The notes: generated by a model from the letters alone, not told the origin. Positions 1 to 12,120 are shown, numbered from the stretch's first letter. The stretch is 64,000 nt of DNA from Macrostomum hystrix (GCA_950097015.1 CATNEN010000001.1:15004001-15068000), one strand, 5' to 3'. Numbers and translations: made by a program.

Positions 1-100
1 AAGCCACTTGTTCAGGATTCTTCAGGAAGCCTCTTGTTCAGGATTCTTCAGGAAGCCTCTTGTTCAGGATTCTTCAGGAAGCCTCTTGTTCAGGATTCTT
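1..100. repeat. 26-bp minisatellite TTGTTCAGGATTCTTCAGGAAGCCTC (truncated by window edge)
   Basis: About 4 direct copies. Confidence 0.85.
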
Positions 101-214
101 CACTCTCCAGAAGGCCATTTTTCAGGAATTGTCTAAATTGTTCTCAACTTATTTCTGAGCATTTACTTCAGAACTTTTTTTGGTCTTAAATATAATTATC
201 TCCGACCTTCATAA

Positions 215-530
215 ACCTTCAGAGCTGTGATCTCAGACCTATTGGAACCTTACATCTCAGCCCTTCTAGACAATGATATCAGACCTTCAGGCCATGATCT
301 CAGAACTTCAGGCCCATGGTCACAGACTATCATACCATAGTCACAGACCTTCAGGCCTTGGTCTCAGACTTTCAGGGCCATGGTCTCAGGTCTTCAGGGC
401 CATAGTCTGAGATCTTCAGGGCCATGGTCACAGACCTTCAGGCCCATAGTCTGAGACCTTAAGAGCCATGGTCTCAGACTTTGAGGGCCATTGTATCAGA
501 CCTACAGGGCCATGGTTTCAGACCTTCATT
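215..530. repeat. Degenerate ~21-22-bp tandem repeat (CAGACCTTCAGGGCCATGGTCT-like)
   Basis: Periodic but diverged copies just upstream of a CysRS exon. Confidence 0.7.
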
Positions 531-559
531 CATCCCAGATGCTCTCCTCCGCAATCCAG

Positions 560-3500
560 GTTATCGTAGATCGCGGCTACGCCTACGAGTCGAACGGCTC
601 CGTCTATTTTGACACCCAGCGCTTCGCCAACGCCGACGGTCATTTCTACGCCAAGCTGGTTCCGGCCGCGTTCGGCGATCAGAAACTGCTGCACGAAGGC
701 GAGGGCGACCTGTCAATCGGCGCAGATCGCCTCAACGAGAAACGATCGCAGGCCGATTTCGCATTGTGGAAGGCAAGCAAACCGGGCGAGCCGGCTTGGC
801 CGAGTCCCTGGGGCATGGGCCGGCCAGGTTGGCACATAGAGTGCTCGGTCATGGCTAGCCAGGAGTGCGGCTCAGTCCTGGATATTCACACTGGCGGCGT
901 GGACTTGAAATTTCCGCATCACGACAATGAGCTGGCTCAGGCTGAGGCCTACTTTGGCCACTCGCATTGGGTTAGGTGAGTTTTGGGAGATGGGAATCAA
1001 GTGTCTGAAATTCGAACTCACGACCTCTGCGTGTAAGGAAATCCGTTACTATAAGCAATAAGCTCTAACAACAAAAGTTTACAGTAATATACTGTTAGCT
1101 TTTTGAAGTCTTTGTCCTTTAGTCTTTTAGAATTTCATTCCTAAGTTCATTCAATAGACAGATTCTCTAAATCTTCATTGTCTTCAACGATTGGCACATC
1201 ATATGTTAATCAGGTCTTTGTTCTTACTTTACGCAATCAAGCGTTATTAGCTTTTAAACACCCTAAACTCCTACTTCCTAAAGTCCATCCACCTCACAAT
1301 ATCCCATCAGGTACTTCCTAAACTCCACTCACAATATCCCTTCAGGTACTTCCTAAACTCCACTCACAATATCCCTTCAGGTACTTCCTAAACTCCATCC
1401 ACCACACAATATCCCATCAGGTACTTCCTACACTCCGGCCACCTCACACTATCCCATCAGGTACTTCCTACAATCCGGCCTGCTCACAATATCCCATCAG
1501 GTACTTCCTACAATCCGGCCTGCTCACAATATCCCATCAGGTACTTCCTACACTCCGGCCACCTCACACTATCCCATCAGGTACTTCCTACACTCCGGCC
1601 ACCTCACACTATCCCATCAGGTACTTCCTACAATCCGGCCTGCTCACAATATCCCATCAGGTACTTCCTACACTCCGGCCACCTCACACTATCCCATCAG
1701 GTACTTCCTACACTCCGGCCACCTCACACTATCCCATCAGGTACTTCCTACACTCCGGCCACCTCACAATATCCCATCAGGTACTTCCTACACTCCGGCC
1801 ACCTCACAATATCCCATCAGGTACTTCCTACACTCCGGCCACCTCACAATATCCCATCAGGTACTTCCTACACTCCGGCCACCTCACAATATCCCATCAG
1901 GTACTTCCTACACTCCGGCCACCTCACACTATCCCATCAGGTACTTCCTACACTCCGGCCACCTCACAATCTCCGGCTGCAAGATGAGCAAGAGTCTGAA
2001 GAATTTCATCACAATCCGTGAGGCTCTGGTCCGTCATTCGCCTCGCAAGCTTCGCCTGGCGTTCCTGCTGCATTCGTGGAAGGACACTCTAGACTATAGC
2101 GAAGAGACTATGACTCTGGCTTCAAGCTTCGAGCGTCTGTTTGCCGACTTCTTCTACAATGTTGCCCGGGCTGCGGAGGAGAAATCAACATCCGCTGTTG
2201 AGACTGGCGAGGGTAATTCTGAGTTCGCCAAACTAGCTGCCGATTTTAACAATCGGATTAGCGAGGCCCTGTGCGATAATCTGGACACTAGACGTGCCTT
2301 GCTCACTGCTCAAGATGCCATTTTTGCCTCCAATAATTTACTATCAACCGGTGCCAATATTACTGGCCACGATATTCAACTGCTACAGCAGCTGGCTGTT
2401 GATGTTGCCAAACTGTTGGACGTGTTCGGCGCGGTTGACGTTGCCAACACCAAGCCGGGTGTTAAACACGACCCGCTGCCGGACAGGTTCTACGGATTGG
2501 AATGGCGACCGGCTACTGTGAAATTGGTTTGTTTGATTCGAGTATTCTGAAGACACTAGGATGGATTTTGGTAGATTCCACTCCTATTTTACACAAAAAA
2601 CCCGCCGAAGAAGAAGACGATTTTTTTACATGGACATCCTATTCCCATAAACACTAGGATATCCCACTCCCATAGACACTAGGATATCCCACTCCCATAG
2701 ACACTAGGATATCCCATTCCCATAGACACTGGGATTTCCGATTCCCATAGACACTAGGATATCCCATTCCCATAAACACTAGGATATCCCACTCCCATAG
2801 ACACTAGGATATCCCATTCCCATAGACACTGGGATTTCCGATTCCCATAGACACTAGGATATCCCATTCCCATAAACACTAGGATATCCCACTCCCATAG
2901 ACACTAGGATATCCCATTCCCATAGACACTGGGATTTCCGATTCCCATAGACACTAGGATATCCCATTCCCATAGACACTGGGATTTCCGATTCCCATAG
3001 ACACTAGGATATCCCATTCCCATAGACACTGGGATTTCTGATTCCCATAGACACTAGGATATCCCATTCCCATAAACACTAGGATATCCCACTCCCATAG
3101 ACACTAGGATATCCCATTCCCATAGACACTGGGATTTCCGATTCCCATAGACACTAGGATATCCCATTCCCATAAACACTAGGATATCCCACTCCCATAG
3201 ACACTAGGATATCCCATTCCCATAGACACTGGGATTTCCGATTCCCATAGACACTAGGATATCCCATTCCCATAAAAACTAGGATATCCCACTCCCATAG
3301 ACACTAGGATATCCCATTCCCATAGACACTGGGATTTCCGATTCCCATAGACACTAGGATATCCCATTCCCATAAACACTAGGATATCCCACTCCCATAG
3401 ACACTAGGATATCCCATTCCCATAGACACTGGGATTTCCGATTCCCATAGACACTAGGATATCCCATTCCCATAGACACTGGGATTTCTTATTCCTATAG

Positions 3501-5279
3501 ACACTAGGATATCCCATTCCCATAGACACTGGGATTTCTGATTCCCATAGACACTGGGATTTCTGATTCCCATAGACACTAAATATCCTATTCGCAATGA
3601 CACTAGGATATCCCACTCCCATAGACACTAGGATATCCCATTCCCTTAGACACTGGGATTTCTGATTCCCATAGACACTAAATATCCTATTCGCAATGAC
3701 ACTAGGATATCCCACTCCCATAGACACTAGGATATCCCATTCCCATAGACACTAAATATCCTATTCGCAATGACACTAGGATATCCCATTCCCATAGACA
3801 CTAGGATATCACATTCCCATAGTCAGTTTCATATCGTTTTAACAGGTTCGCGATCTCCTGGCCGTGGCTCGTGACTTCTCCGCAGACTGCGCTGCCGCAG
3901 TCGTCGACTCCCTTCTGCCCGACCTGTCTAGCCAGCTTGCTGAAGCTCTGAAGTCATCGGGCATCGTGGCATCCCCTGGGACGCTGACTGACAATCCGGA
4001 TATTCAGCCGCTGCCGGAGAGTGTGCTCAAAGTCGATCGCGAGGTCAGCTTGAAGCCTCTGCTTCGGGTGTTGGCCGATGCCAGGGCTGCTGTCAGGGCG
4101 GCTGCCAGGGAGCGCCGACTGCCGGAGTCCGCCAACGCCGGCGCTGTGCTTGCCGCCTGCGACCGGCTGCGCGACGACCGACTTAGCCGGCTGGGCATTC
4201 GTCTGCAGGATCGCGAGGGAGCCGCGCCTGTCGCCGTGGGATTTTATCCAGGCGATCTGCTGGCCGCGGAGAGAGCAGAGCGAGCTGAGGTTAGAAATGG
4301 ATCAGTGATTTTTTCCACCAATTGAGTTCATCCAGATCCTCATTTCAGCATTCTCCCTTTCTGGCCTCGAGTCCGCCCTTATCCTCATATGGGGTGGTGT
4401 TCTCCCACTCCCCATATAATATGGGGATAGTATTCTCCCAGATCCCCATATCATATGGGATAGTATTCTCCCCATTTGGAATTATTGTTGTCTCCCAGAT
4501 CCCTTTTTGGAATTATTGTGGTCTCCCAGATTCCTTTTTGGAATTATTGTCTCCCAGATCCCTTTTTTGAATTATTGTCTCCCAGATCCCTTTTTGAAAT
4601 TATTGTCTCCCAGATCCCTTTTTTGAATTATTGTCTCCCAGATCCCTTTTTTGAATTATTGTCTCCCAGATCCCTTTTTTGAACTATTGTCTCCCAGATC
4701 CCTTTTTTGAATTATTGTCTCCCAGATCCCTTTTTTGAATTATTGTCTCCCAGATCCCTTTTTTGAATTATTGTCTCCCAGATCCCTTTTTGAAATTATT
4801 GTCTCCCAGATCCCTTTTTTGAATTATTGTGGTCTCCCAGATCCCCATTTGGAATTATTGTGGTCTCCCAGATCCCTTTTTGGAATTATTGTCTCCCAGA
4901 TCCCTTTTTGGAATTATTGTGGTCTCCCAGATCCCTGTTTAGGATCCGTGGTCTCTGTGAGATCCCCAGCTCACAAAGCACCCACCGTACTGTCCCCTGC
5001 CTGCAGCGAGACGGCAAAAAGGCGACAGAAAAAGCGGCCAAAGCGGCTGCCAAGGCCAGCTTAGAGGAGCGAGGGAGCCTGCCAGCTCAGAAGATGTTTC
5101 TCAATGATAAGGACAAGTACTCGGCCTTCGACGAGCGCGGCATGCCGACGCACGACGCCCAGGGCAAGGAGATGAGCAAATCAGCGCTCAAGAAGCTTCA
5201 GAAACTGTGGGACACTCAGGACAAGCGCCACTCCGATTGGTTGAAATCCCAGAGCTCCGCCGTCGACAAGAATTCCTAA
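560..5279 (+). CDS. CARS1: Cytoplasmic cysteinyl-tRNA synthetase, 3' part (5' exons upstream of window). Exons ~560(or 539)-975, 1941-2526, 3846-4289, 5007-5279
   Basis: Class I CysRS motifs: [64 protein letters not shown]|[22 protein letters not shown] (KMSKS), ACDRLRD, and the eukaryotic C-terminus [14 protein letters not shown]. Junctions are phase-consistent: AG|gtgagt 975/976, catcag|G 1940/1941, TTG|gt 2526, aacag| 3845, GAG|gt 4289, ctgcag| 5006; stop TAA ends at 5279. Confidence 0.95.
1262..1970 (+). repeat. 40-bp minisatellite built from the CysRS 3' splice site plus exon start (ATCCCATCAG|GTACTTCCTACACTCCGGCCACCTCACAAT)
   Basis: 17 CAG|GTACTT junctions (AG ending at 1310, 1345, 1380, then every 40 nt from 1420 to 1940); the last copy is the real acceptor and exon start. 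Confidence 0.95.
2635..3822 (+). repeat. 25-bp minisatellite ATTCCCATAGACACTAGGATATCCC (with 24-bp variants), CysRS intron
   Basis: Direct tandem copies; reverse complement of the 6568-8350 array. Confidence 0.95.
4470..4935. repeat. ~28-bp minisatellite GAATTATTGTCTCCCAGATCCCTTTTTT, CysRS last intron
   Basis: About 16 copies. Confidence 0.9.
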
Positions 5280-5502
5280 CTTTTGTCAGTCTGTGAAAAA
5301 ATATTAAACTGAAAACGCTACTGATACTACTCACCTACTACTGACTGGCGATATTATTCAGCTGTGCTCGTTGTTTTGCTTCTGCTTTTTTGCAAAGAAA
5401 CAAAACAAATCCTTTTTTTGACCATGTCCTCCTGACTTCGGTGAACTTCGGTGTTTAATTTGTTTTATCCAGTTTAAAAATTTCCGGTTTATTTGGTCAA
5501 TT

Positions 5503-5508
5503 AATAAA
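5503..5508 (+). promoter_or_regulatory. Candidate polyadenylation signal (AATAAA) for CysRS
   Basis: AATAAA about 220 nt after the stop, followed by T/GT-rich sequence. Confidence 0.4.
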
Positions 5509-5679
5509 ATTGGTGAAAATTACCAAGCTCCATTTTTATAAATCATGCACTGACGTGTTCTGTGTCTTACTTCAATTTTAAATTAAATGTGTGCTAAAAC
5601 TATTCAGTAAAACATGCCTTCGCCCCTCACTTCACCTATGCTTTCTGTCTCTTATCTGTCTTATTTCTCATCTCTCCAC

Positions 5680-6060
5680 TGTCTCATGTCTCCCCTGTCT
5701 AATCTCCCCCGTGTCTCATCTCTCCCCTGTCTAATCTCTCCCCTGTCTAATCTCTCCCCTGTCTAATCTCTCCCCTGTCTAATCTCTCCCCTGTCTAATC
5801 TCTCCCCTGTCTAATCTCTCCCCTGTCTAATCTCTCCCGTGTCTCATCTCTACCCTGTCTAATCTCTCCCGTGTCTCATCTCTACCCTGTCTAATCTCTC
5901 CCCTGTCTAATCTCTCCCCTGTCTAATCTCTCCCCTGTATAATTTCTCCCATGTCTCATCGCTCCCCTGTCTAATCTCTCCTCTGTCTCATCTCTCCCGT
6001 GTCTCATCTCTCCCATGTCTCATCTCTCTCCGTGTCTAATCTCTCCCATGTCTCATCGCT
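5680..6060. repeat. 16-bp minisatellite CTAATCTCTCCCCTGT
   Basis: Direct tandem copies. Confidence 0.9.
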
Positions 6061-6567
6061 CCTGTATCTCTCCTCTCCTCTTCTCTCTTCAAAGCCGCCG
6101 CTTTGGCCACAGAGGTATGTAAAACAAACAGTCGTCTTGCCTTGACAATTGCGAAACTAATGTAAGTCAGATAAATTAAAATAATAGTTTTCAAGCAAGC
6201 CGCTTTCAGTGTGTGATGAATGCAATTTCAATGTGCAAGTAAATTTGCAGCTATAATGCAAGCTATATCTTGATGGACTATTATTCGTATAGATTTATTG
6301 CCGCTTAGCTTTATTCTTTCTTTCTTTCCTTCAAGTGATCGTTAGTTACAAATTAATTTTATTTAATGATTTAAATATAACTGAGCGAATCCTTATTTAA
6401 TGTCTACTCAGTAATTATGTTCAATGCTGACATGGTTAGACTTTATTGACAGAGCAGAACTATATTTGTTTTGAATTGGTGATTCGCAAATAAAAGAGCT
6501 TACATTTTCTTGTGGATTTAATTGCCAGTATTTTTATCAGATGTCTGTTGTTCTATGTAAATTGTTG

Positions 6568-8350
6568 GATATCCCAGTGTCTATGGGAATGGGTCATACT
6601 AGTGTCTATCGGAATGGGATATCCTAGTGTCTATGGGAATGGGATATCCTAGTGTCTCTGGGAATGGGATATCCTAGTGTCTCTGGGAATGGGATATCCT
6701 AGTGTCTATGGGAATGGGATATCCTAGTGTCTATGGGAATGGGATATCCTAGTGTCTATGGGAATGGGATATCCCAGTGTCTATGGGAATGGGACATACT
6801 AGTGTCTATCGGAATGGGATATCCTAGTGTCTATGGGAATAAGATATCCCAGTGTCTATGGGAATGGGATATCCTAGTGTCTATGGGAATGGGACATACT
6901 AGTGGCTATCGGAATGGGATATCCTAGTGTCTATGGGAATGGGATATCCCAGTGTCTATGGGAATGGGATATCCTAGTGTCTATGGGAATGGGATATCCT
7001 AGTGTCTATGGGAATGGGATATCCCAGTGTCTATGGGAATGGGACATACTAGTGTCTATCGGAATGGGATATCCTAGTGTCTATGGGAATAAGATATCCC
7101 AGTGTCTTTGGAAATGCGATATCCTAGTGTCTATGGGAATAGGACATCCTAGTTTCTATGGGAATGGGATATCCTGTCGTCTATGGGAATGGGATATCCT
7201 AGTGTCTATGGGAATGGGACATACTAGTGTCTATCGGAATGGGATATCCTAGTGTCTATGGGAATGGGATATCCTAGTGTCTCTGGGAATGGGATATCCT
7301 AGTGTCTCTGGGAATGGGATATCCTAGTGTCTATGGGAATGGGATATCCTAGTGTCTCTGGGAATGGGATATCCTAGTGTCTCTGGGAATGGGATATCCT
7401 AGTGTCTATGGGAATGGGATATCCTAGTGTCTATGGGAATGGGATATCCTAGTGTCTATGGGAATGGGATATCCCAGTGTCTATGGGAATGGGACATACT
7501 AGTGTCTATCGGAATGGGATATCCTAGTGTCTATGGGAATAAGATATCCCAGTGTCTATGGGAATGGGATATCCTAGTGTCTATGGGAATGGGACATACT
7601 AGTGGCTATCGGAATGGGATATCCTAGTGTCTATGGGAATGGGATATCCCAGTGTCTATGGGAATGGGATATCCTAGTGTCTATGGGAATGGGATATCCT
7701 AGTGTCTATGGGAATGGGATATCCCAGTGTCTATGGGAATGGGACATACTAGTGTCTATCGGAATGGGATATCCTAGTGTCTATGGGAATAAGATATCCC
7801 AGTGTCTTTGGAAATGCGATATCCTAGTGTCTATGGGAATAGGACATCCTAGTTTCTATGGGAATGGGATATCCTGTCGTCTATGGGAATGGGATATCCT
7901 AGTGTCTATGGGAATGGGACATACTAGTGTCTATCGGAATGGGATATCCTAGTGTCTATGGGAATGGGATATCCTAGTGTCTATGGGAATGGGATATCCT
8001 AGTGTCTATTGGAATGGGATATCCTAGTGTCTATGGGAATGGGACATACTAGTGTCTATCGGAATGGGATATCCTAGTGTCTATGGGAATGGGATATCCT
8101 AGTGTCTATGGGAATGGGATATTCTAGTGTCTATGGGAATGGGACATACTAGTGTCTATCGGAATGGGATATCCTAGTGTCTATGGGAATGTGATATCCT
8201 AGTGTCTTTGGGAATGGGATATACTAGTGTCTATGGTAATGGGATATACTAGTGTCTATGGGAATAGGACATCCTAGTTTCTATGGGAATGGGATATACT
8301 AGTGTCTATGGGAATAGGACATCCTAGTTTCTATGTGAATGGGATATCCT
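6568..8350 (-). repeat. 25-bp minisatellite GGGATATCCTAGTGTCTATGGGAAT with a 700-bp higher-order duplication
   Basis: Inverted relative to 2635-3822; identical ORFs at 6727/7427 and 6902/7602 are offset by 700. Confidence 0.95.
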
Positions 8351-8851
8351 TTGTATCTTAAAAATAATTGGATATCCGAGTGTTTGACAGGGATTTTATC
8401 GCTGAAAGGGATCAGTTTACTGTATTTAATTATGGGTTTTAGTGATAGGACTAGTCGACAAATATTGCGAAAGAACTGTGAATAGTTAAATGTCGACTCC
8501 GTTAAAGGAGTTATTTAATTCGATAACATGATCAAGAAATCGCAAATATTAATAGTTCATTTAAATTTCACACTGTGCGCTGAGCAAAATACACGACCGA
8601 ACAGACGAATAAGAGCGCTTTTCATCATATCATTCATACAATGATAACGGTTATGAACGCCATTCGGTTCTGATCCAGAAGGAAAGATCACGTGTTCATA
8701 ATTAAGTGTTATTACATAACTCTAAAAGTAAAATGAAAAAAAGTAAAATATTGGTCCTTTAACAACAGTGCCTGATTTTTGTGCCTATATGTATCGAAAA
8801 AACATTTAAAAGTGAAAGAATCCACTACAAATTCGTAGTCTAGGATATTGT

Positions 8852-11498
8852 TTAATTCTGTTTAGCAAAATATAGAAAAATAAGTGACAAATTTAATAAC
8901 ATCATGCTAGTAGGTCTACTATCAGTAGCTGAATTGCACATGTTCTCCCGGCAGAAGCAAATTGTGCCTTTACCGGTGCGCGATTCGGATATGCAAACTG
9001 GCGTGTTCTGCGAGAACCTGATGTCCATTGTGGTGGAACAGGTGCGCACAATGTTTGTCTCGCCGCCTGGAATCAAACCGAACACGATAGATTCAGCTGT
9101 TAGACACAATGTGCAACTGTTAGACACAATATCAAACTGTTAGATACCATATCCAACTGTTAGACACAATATCCCCCTGTTAGACCCCATATCCCCCTGT
9201 TAGACACAATATCCCTCTGTTAGACACAATATCCCTCTGTTAGACACAATATCCACAATATCCCCCTATTAGACACAATATCCCCCTGTTAGACACAATA
9301 TCCCTCTGTTAGACACAATATCCCCCCCTGTTAGACCCAATATCCCCCTGTTAGACCCAATATCCCCCTGTTAGACACAATATCCCCCTGTTAGACCCAA
9401 TATCCCCCTGTTAGACACAATATCCCCCTGTTAGACACAATATCCCCCTGTTAGACCCAATATCCCCCTGTTAGACACAATATCCCCCTGTTAGACACAA
9501 TATCCCTCTGTTAGACACAATATCCCTCTGTTAGACACAATATCCCTCTGTTAGACACAATATCCATCTGTTAGACACAATATCCCTCTGTTAGACACAA
9601 TATCCCCCTGTTAGACACAATATCCCTCTGTTAGACACAATATCCACAATATCCAACTGTTAGACACAATATCCCTCTGTTAGACACAATATCCCTCTGT
9701 TAGACACAATATCCCTCTGTTAGACCCAATATCCCCCTGTTAGACACAATATCCCCCCCTGTTAGACCCAATATCCCCCTGTTAGACCCAATATCCCCCT
9801 GTTAGACACAATATCCCCCTGTTAGACCCAATATCCCCCTGTTAGACACAATATCCCCCTGTTAGACACAATATCCCCCTGTTAGACCCAATATCCCCCT
9901 GTTAGACACAATATCCCCTGTTAGACACAATATCCCTCTGTTAGAGTACTCGAGAAGCGCATTCTGTAGACTCACCACTCAGGGGCACTTTGACCCATTT
10001 GATGCAGAAGCCGTCGCACATCACCGTACTAATGTTGTATTTTACAATTGCGGCTGGACTCGAACCCGCGACCCCCGGAGTCGCGCTATTATGCAGCCGC
10101 TTGAATTCGGCTTTCACGTGGGGATCGAAGGGGTCGCGGCAGTAGCGGACTCCGGGCGACTCAGGCAGGGCCGACTCCGTTGAGCACTGGATGCAGCTCA
10201 CCGCCCGTCCTTCGGGTGCGGGTGAGAAAATTGCGAGACTGTTGAGATTAGATTATGAGAGATAAGACTGATGAGATTAGATTATGAGAGATAAGACTGA
10301 TGAGATTAGATTATGAGAGATAAGGCTGATGGGATTAGATTATGAGAGATAAGACTGATGGGATTAGATTATGAGAGATAAGACTGATGAGATTAGATTA
10401 TGAGAGATAAGACTGATGAGATTAGATTATGAGAGATAAGACTGATGAGATTAGATTATGAGAGATAAGGCTGATGAGATTAGATTATGAGAGATAAGAC
10501 TGATGAGATTAGATTATGAGAGATAAGACTGATGAGATTAGATTATGAGAGATAAGACTGATGAGATTAGATTATGAGAGATAAGACTGATGTGATTAGA
10601 TTATGAGAGATAAGACTGATGAGATTAGATTATGAGAGATAATACTAATGAGATTAGATTATGAGAGATAAGGCTGATGAGATTAGATTATGAGAGATAA
10701 GACTGGTGAGATTAGATTATGAGAGATAAGACTGATGAGATTAGATTATGAGAGATAAGGCTGATGGGATTAGATTATGAGAGATAAGGCTGATGAGATT
10801 AGATTATGAGAGATAAGACTGATGAGATTAGATTATGAGAGATAAGACTGATGAGATTAGATTATGAGAGATAAGACTGATGAGATTAGATTATGAGAGA
10901 TAAGACTGATGTGATTAGATTATGAGAGATAAGACTGATGAGATTAGATTATGAGAGATAATACTAATGAGATTAGATTATGAGAGATAAGACTGATGAG
11001 ATTAGATTATGAGAGATAATACTAATGAGATTAGATTATGAGAGATAAGACTGATGAGATTAGATTATGAGAGATAAGGCTGATGGGATTAGATGATCAC
11101 AGAAATGAAACTAGATGACGATTAGATCGTGAGACTAGATGATGAGATTATCGATTGTGAGACTGGTGAGATTAGATAATGAGCTTGATAAGACTAAACT
11201 AAAAACTTTGAGATCAAGTGTGATTTTTTGAGATCGGACTTGATAATTACAAGAATTGGTTCAATCTAGCCATCGGTCGAATTTCACCTACCCCAGTCTT
11301 GTATCAAAGTTTAGATTATTCTGTTCCTGTATTTCTCACAGCAGGTTTTGATACATCAAATACAAAACCAAATTGATTCACACTGCTACTCACTGTAGCA
11401 CTCGTTCTCGGCGTCTGAGCCAGCAGCTTCAACTGGCTTTGTCAAGGAGCTCGGCAACAGCAGGCATAACAGCTGGCCGAGTATGCTGGTGTGGATTA
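8852..11498 (-). CDS. qvr: Quiver/sleepless-like Ly6/uPAR three-finger GPI-anchored protein. Exons 11498-11394, 10209-9976, 9066-8852; the ATG-containing exon lies further upstream and was not identified
   Basis: Spliced product ...ILGQLLCLLLPSSLTKPVEAAGSDAENECY|RRAVSCIQCS..YCRDPF..MCDGFCIKWV..|..IVRTCS..VCISESRTGKGTICFCRENMCNSA followed by a hydrophobic GPI-signal tail. Cysteine spacing, CxDPF and CFCxxxxCN fit the quiver family. Phase-1 junctions are consistent (the acceptor at 10210 is AAG). Confidence 0.8.
9097..9945. repeat. 20-bp minisatellite TGTTAGACACAATATCCCCC filling a qvr intron
   Basis: About 40 copies; the sense strand reads GGGGGATATTGTGTCTAACA. Confidence 0.95.
10243..11095. 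repeat. 29-bp minisatellite GAGATTAGATTATGAGAGATAAGACTGAT, qvr intron
   Basis: About 29 copies. Confidence 0.95.
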
Positions 11499-11629
11499 CT
11501 GCGGGTCAATACAGGATGCAACTGGATTAGAGGATTAGGGTTAGCACACGCGTGGGATTTAAACAAATTTTAGTCTAGTCACATAAACACTAAATTATTT
11601 GAGTGAGAGACTAGAAGGTAGAGTGAGAT

Positions 11630-12120
11630 TTTGAGAATGGAGGGTGAGACTGGGAGAATGGAGGGTGAGACTGGGAGAATGGAGGGTGAGACTGGGAGAA
11701 TGGAGGGTGAGACTGTGAGAATGGAGGGTGAGACTGTGAGAATGGAGGGTGAGACTGTGAGAATGGAGGGTGAGACTGTGAGAATGGAGGGTGAGACTGT
11801 GAGAATGGAGGGTGAGACTGGGAGAATGGAGGGTGAGACTGTGAGAATGGAGGGTGAGACTGTGAGAATGGAGGGTGAGACTGGGAGAATGGAGGGTGAG
11901 ACTGGGAGAATGGAGGGTGAGACTGTGAGAATGGAGGGTGAGACTGGGAGAATGGAGGGTGAGACTGTGAGAATAGAGGGTGAGACTGGGAGAATGGAGG
12001 GTGAGACTGGGAGAATGGAGGGTGAGACTGTGAGAATGGAGGGTGAGACTGGGAGAATGGAGGGTGAGACTGGGAGAATGGAGGGTGAGACTGTGAGAAT
12101 GGAGGGTGAGACTGTGAGAT
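11630..12120. repeat. 21-bp minisatellite GAGAATGGAGGGTGAGACTG(T/G)
   Basis: About 23 copies. Confidence 0.95.

Noticed and set aside
1000-1050. Minus-strand B-box-like GAGTTCGAATT (possible SINE head fragment)
   Set aside because: Too short and degenerate; no A box or second copy.
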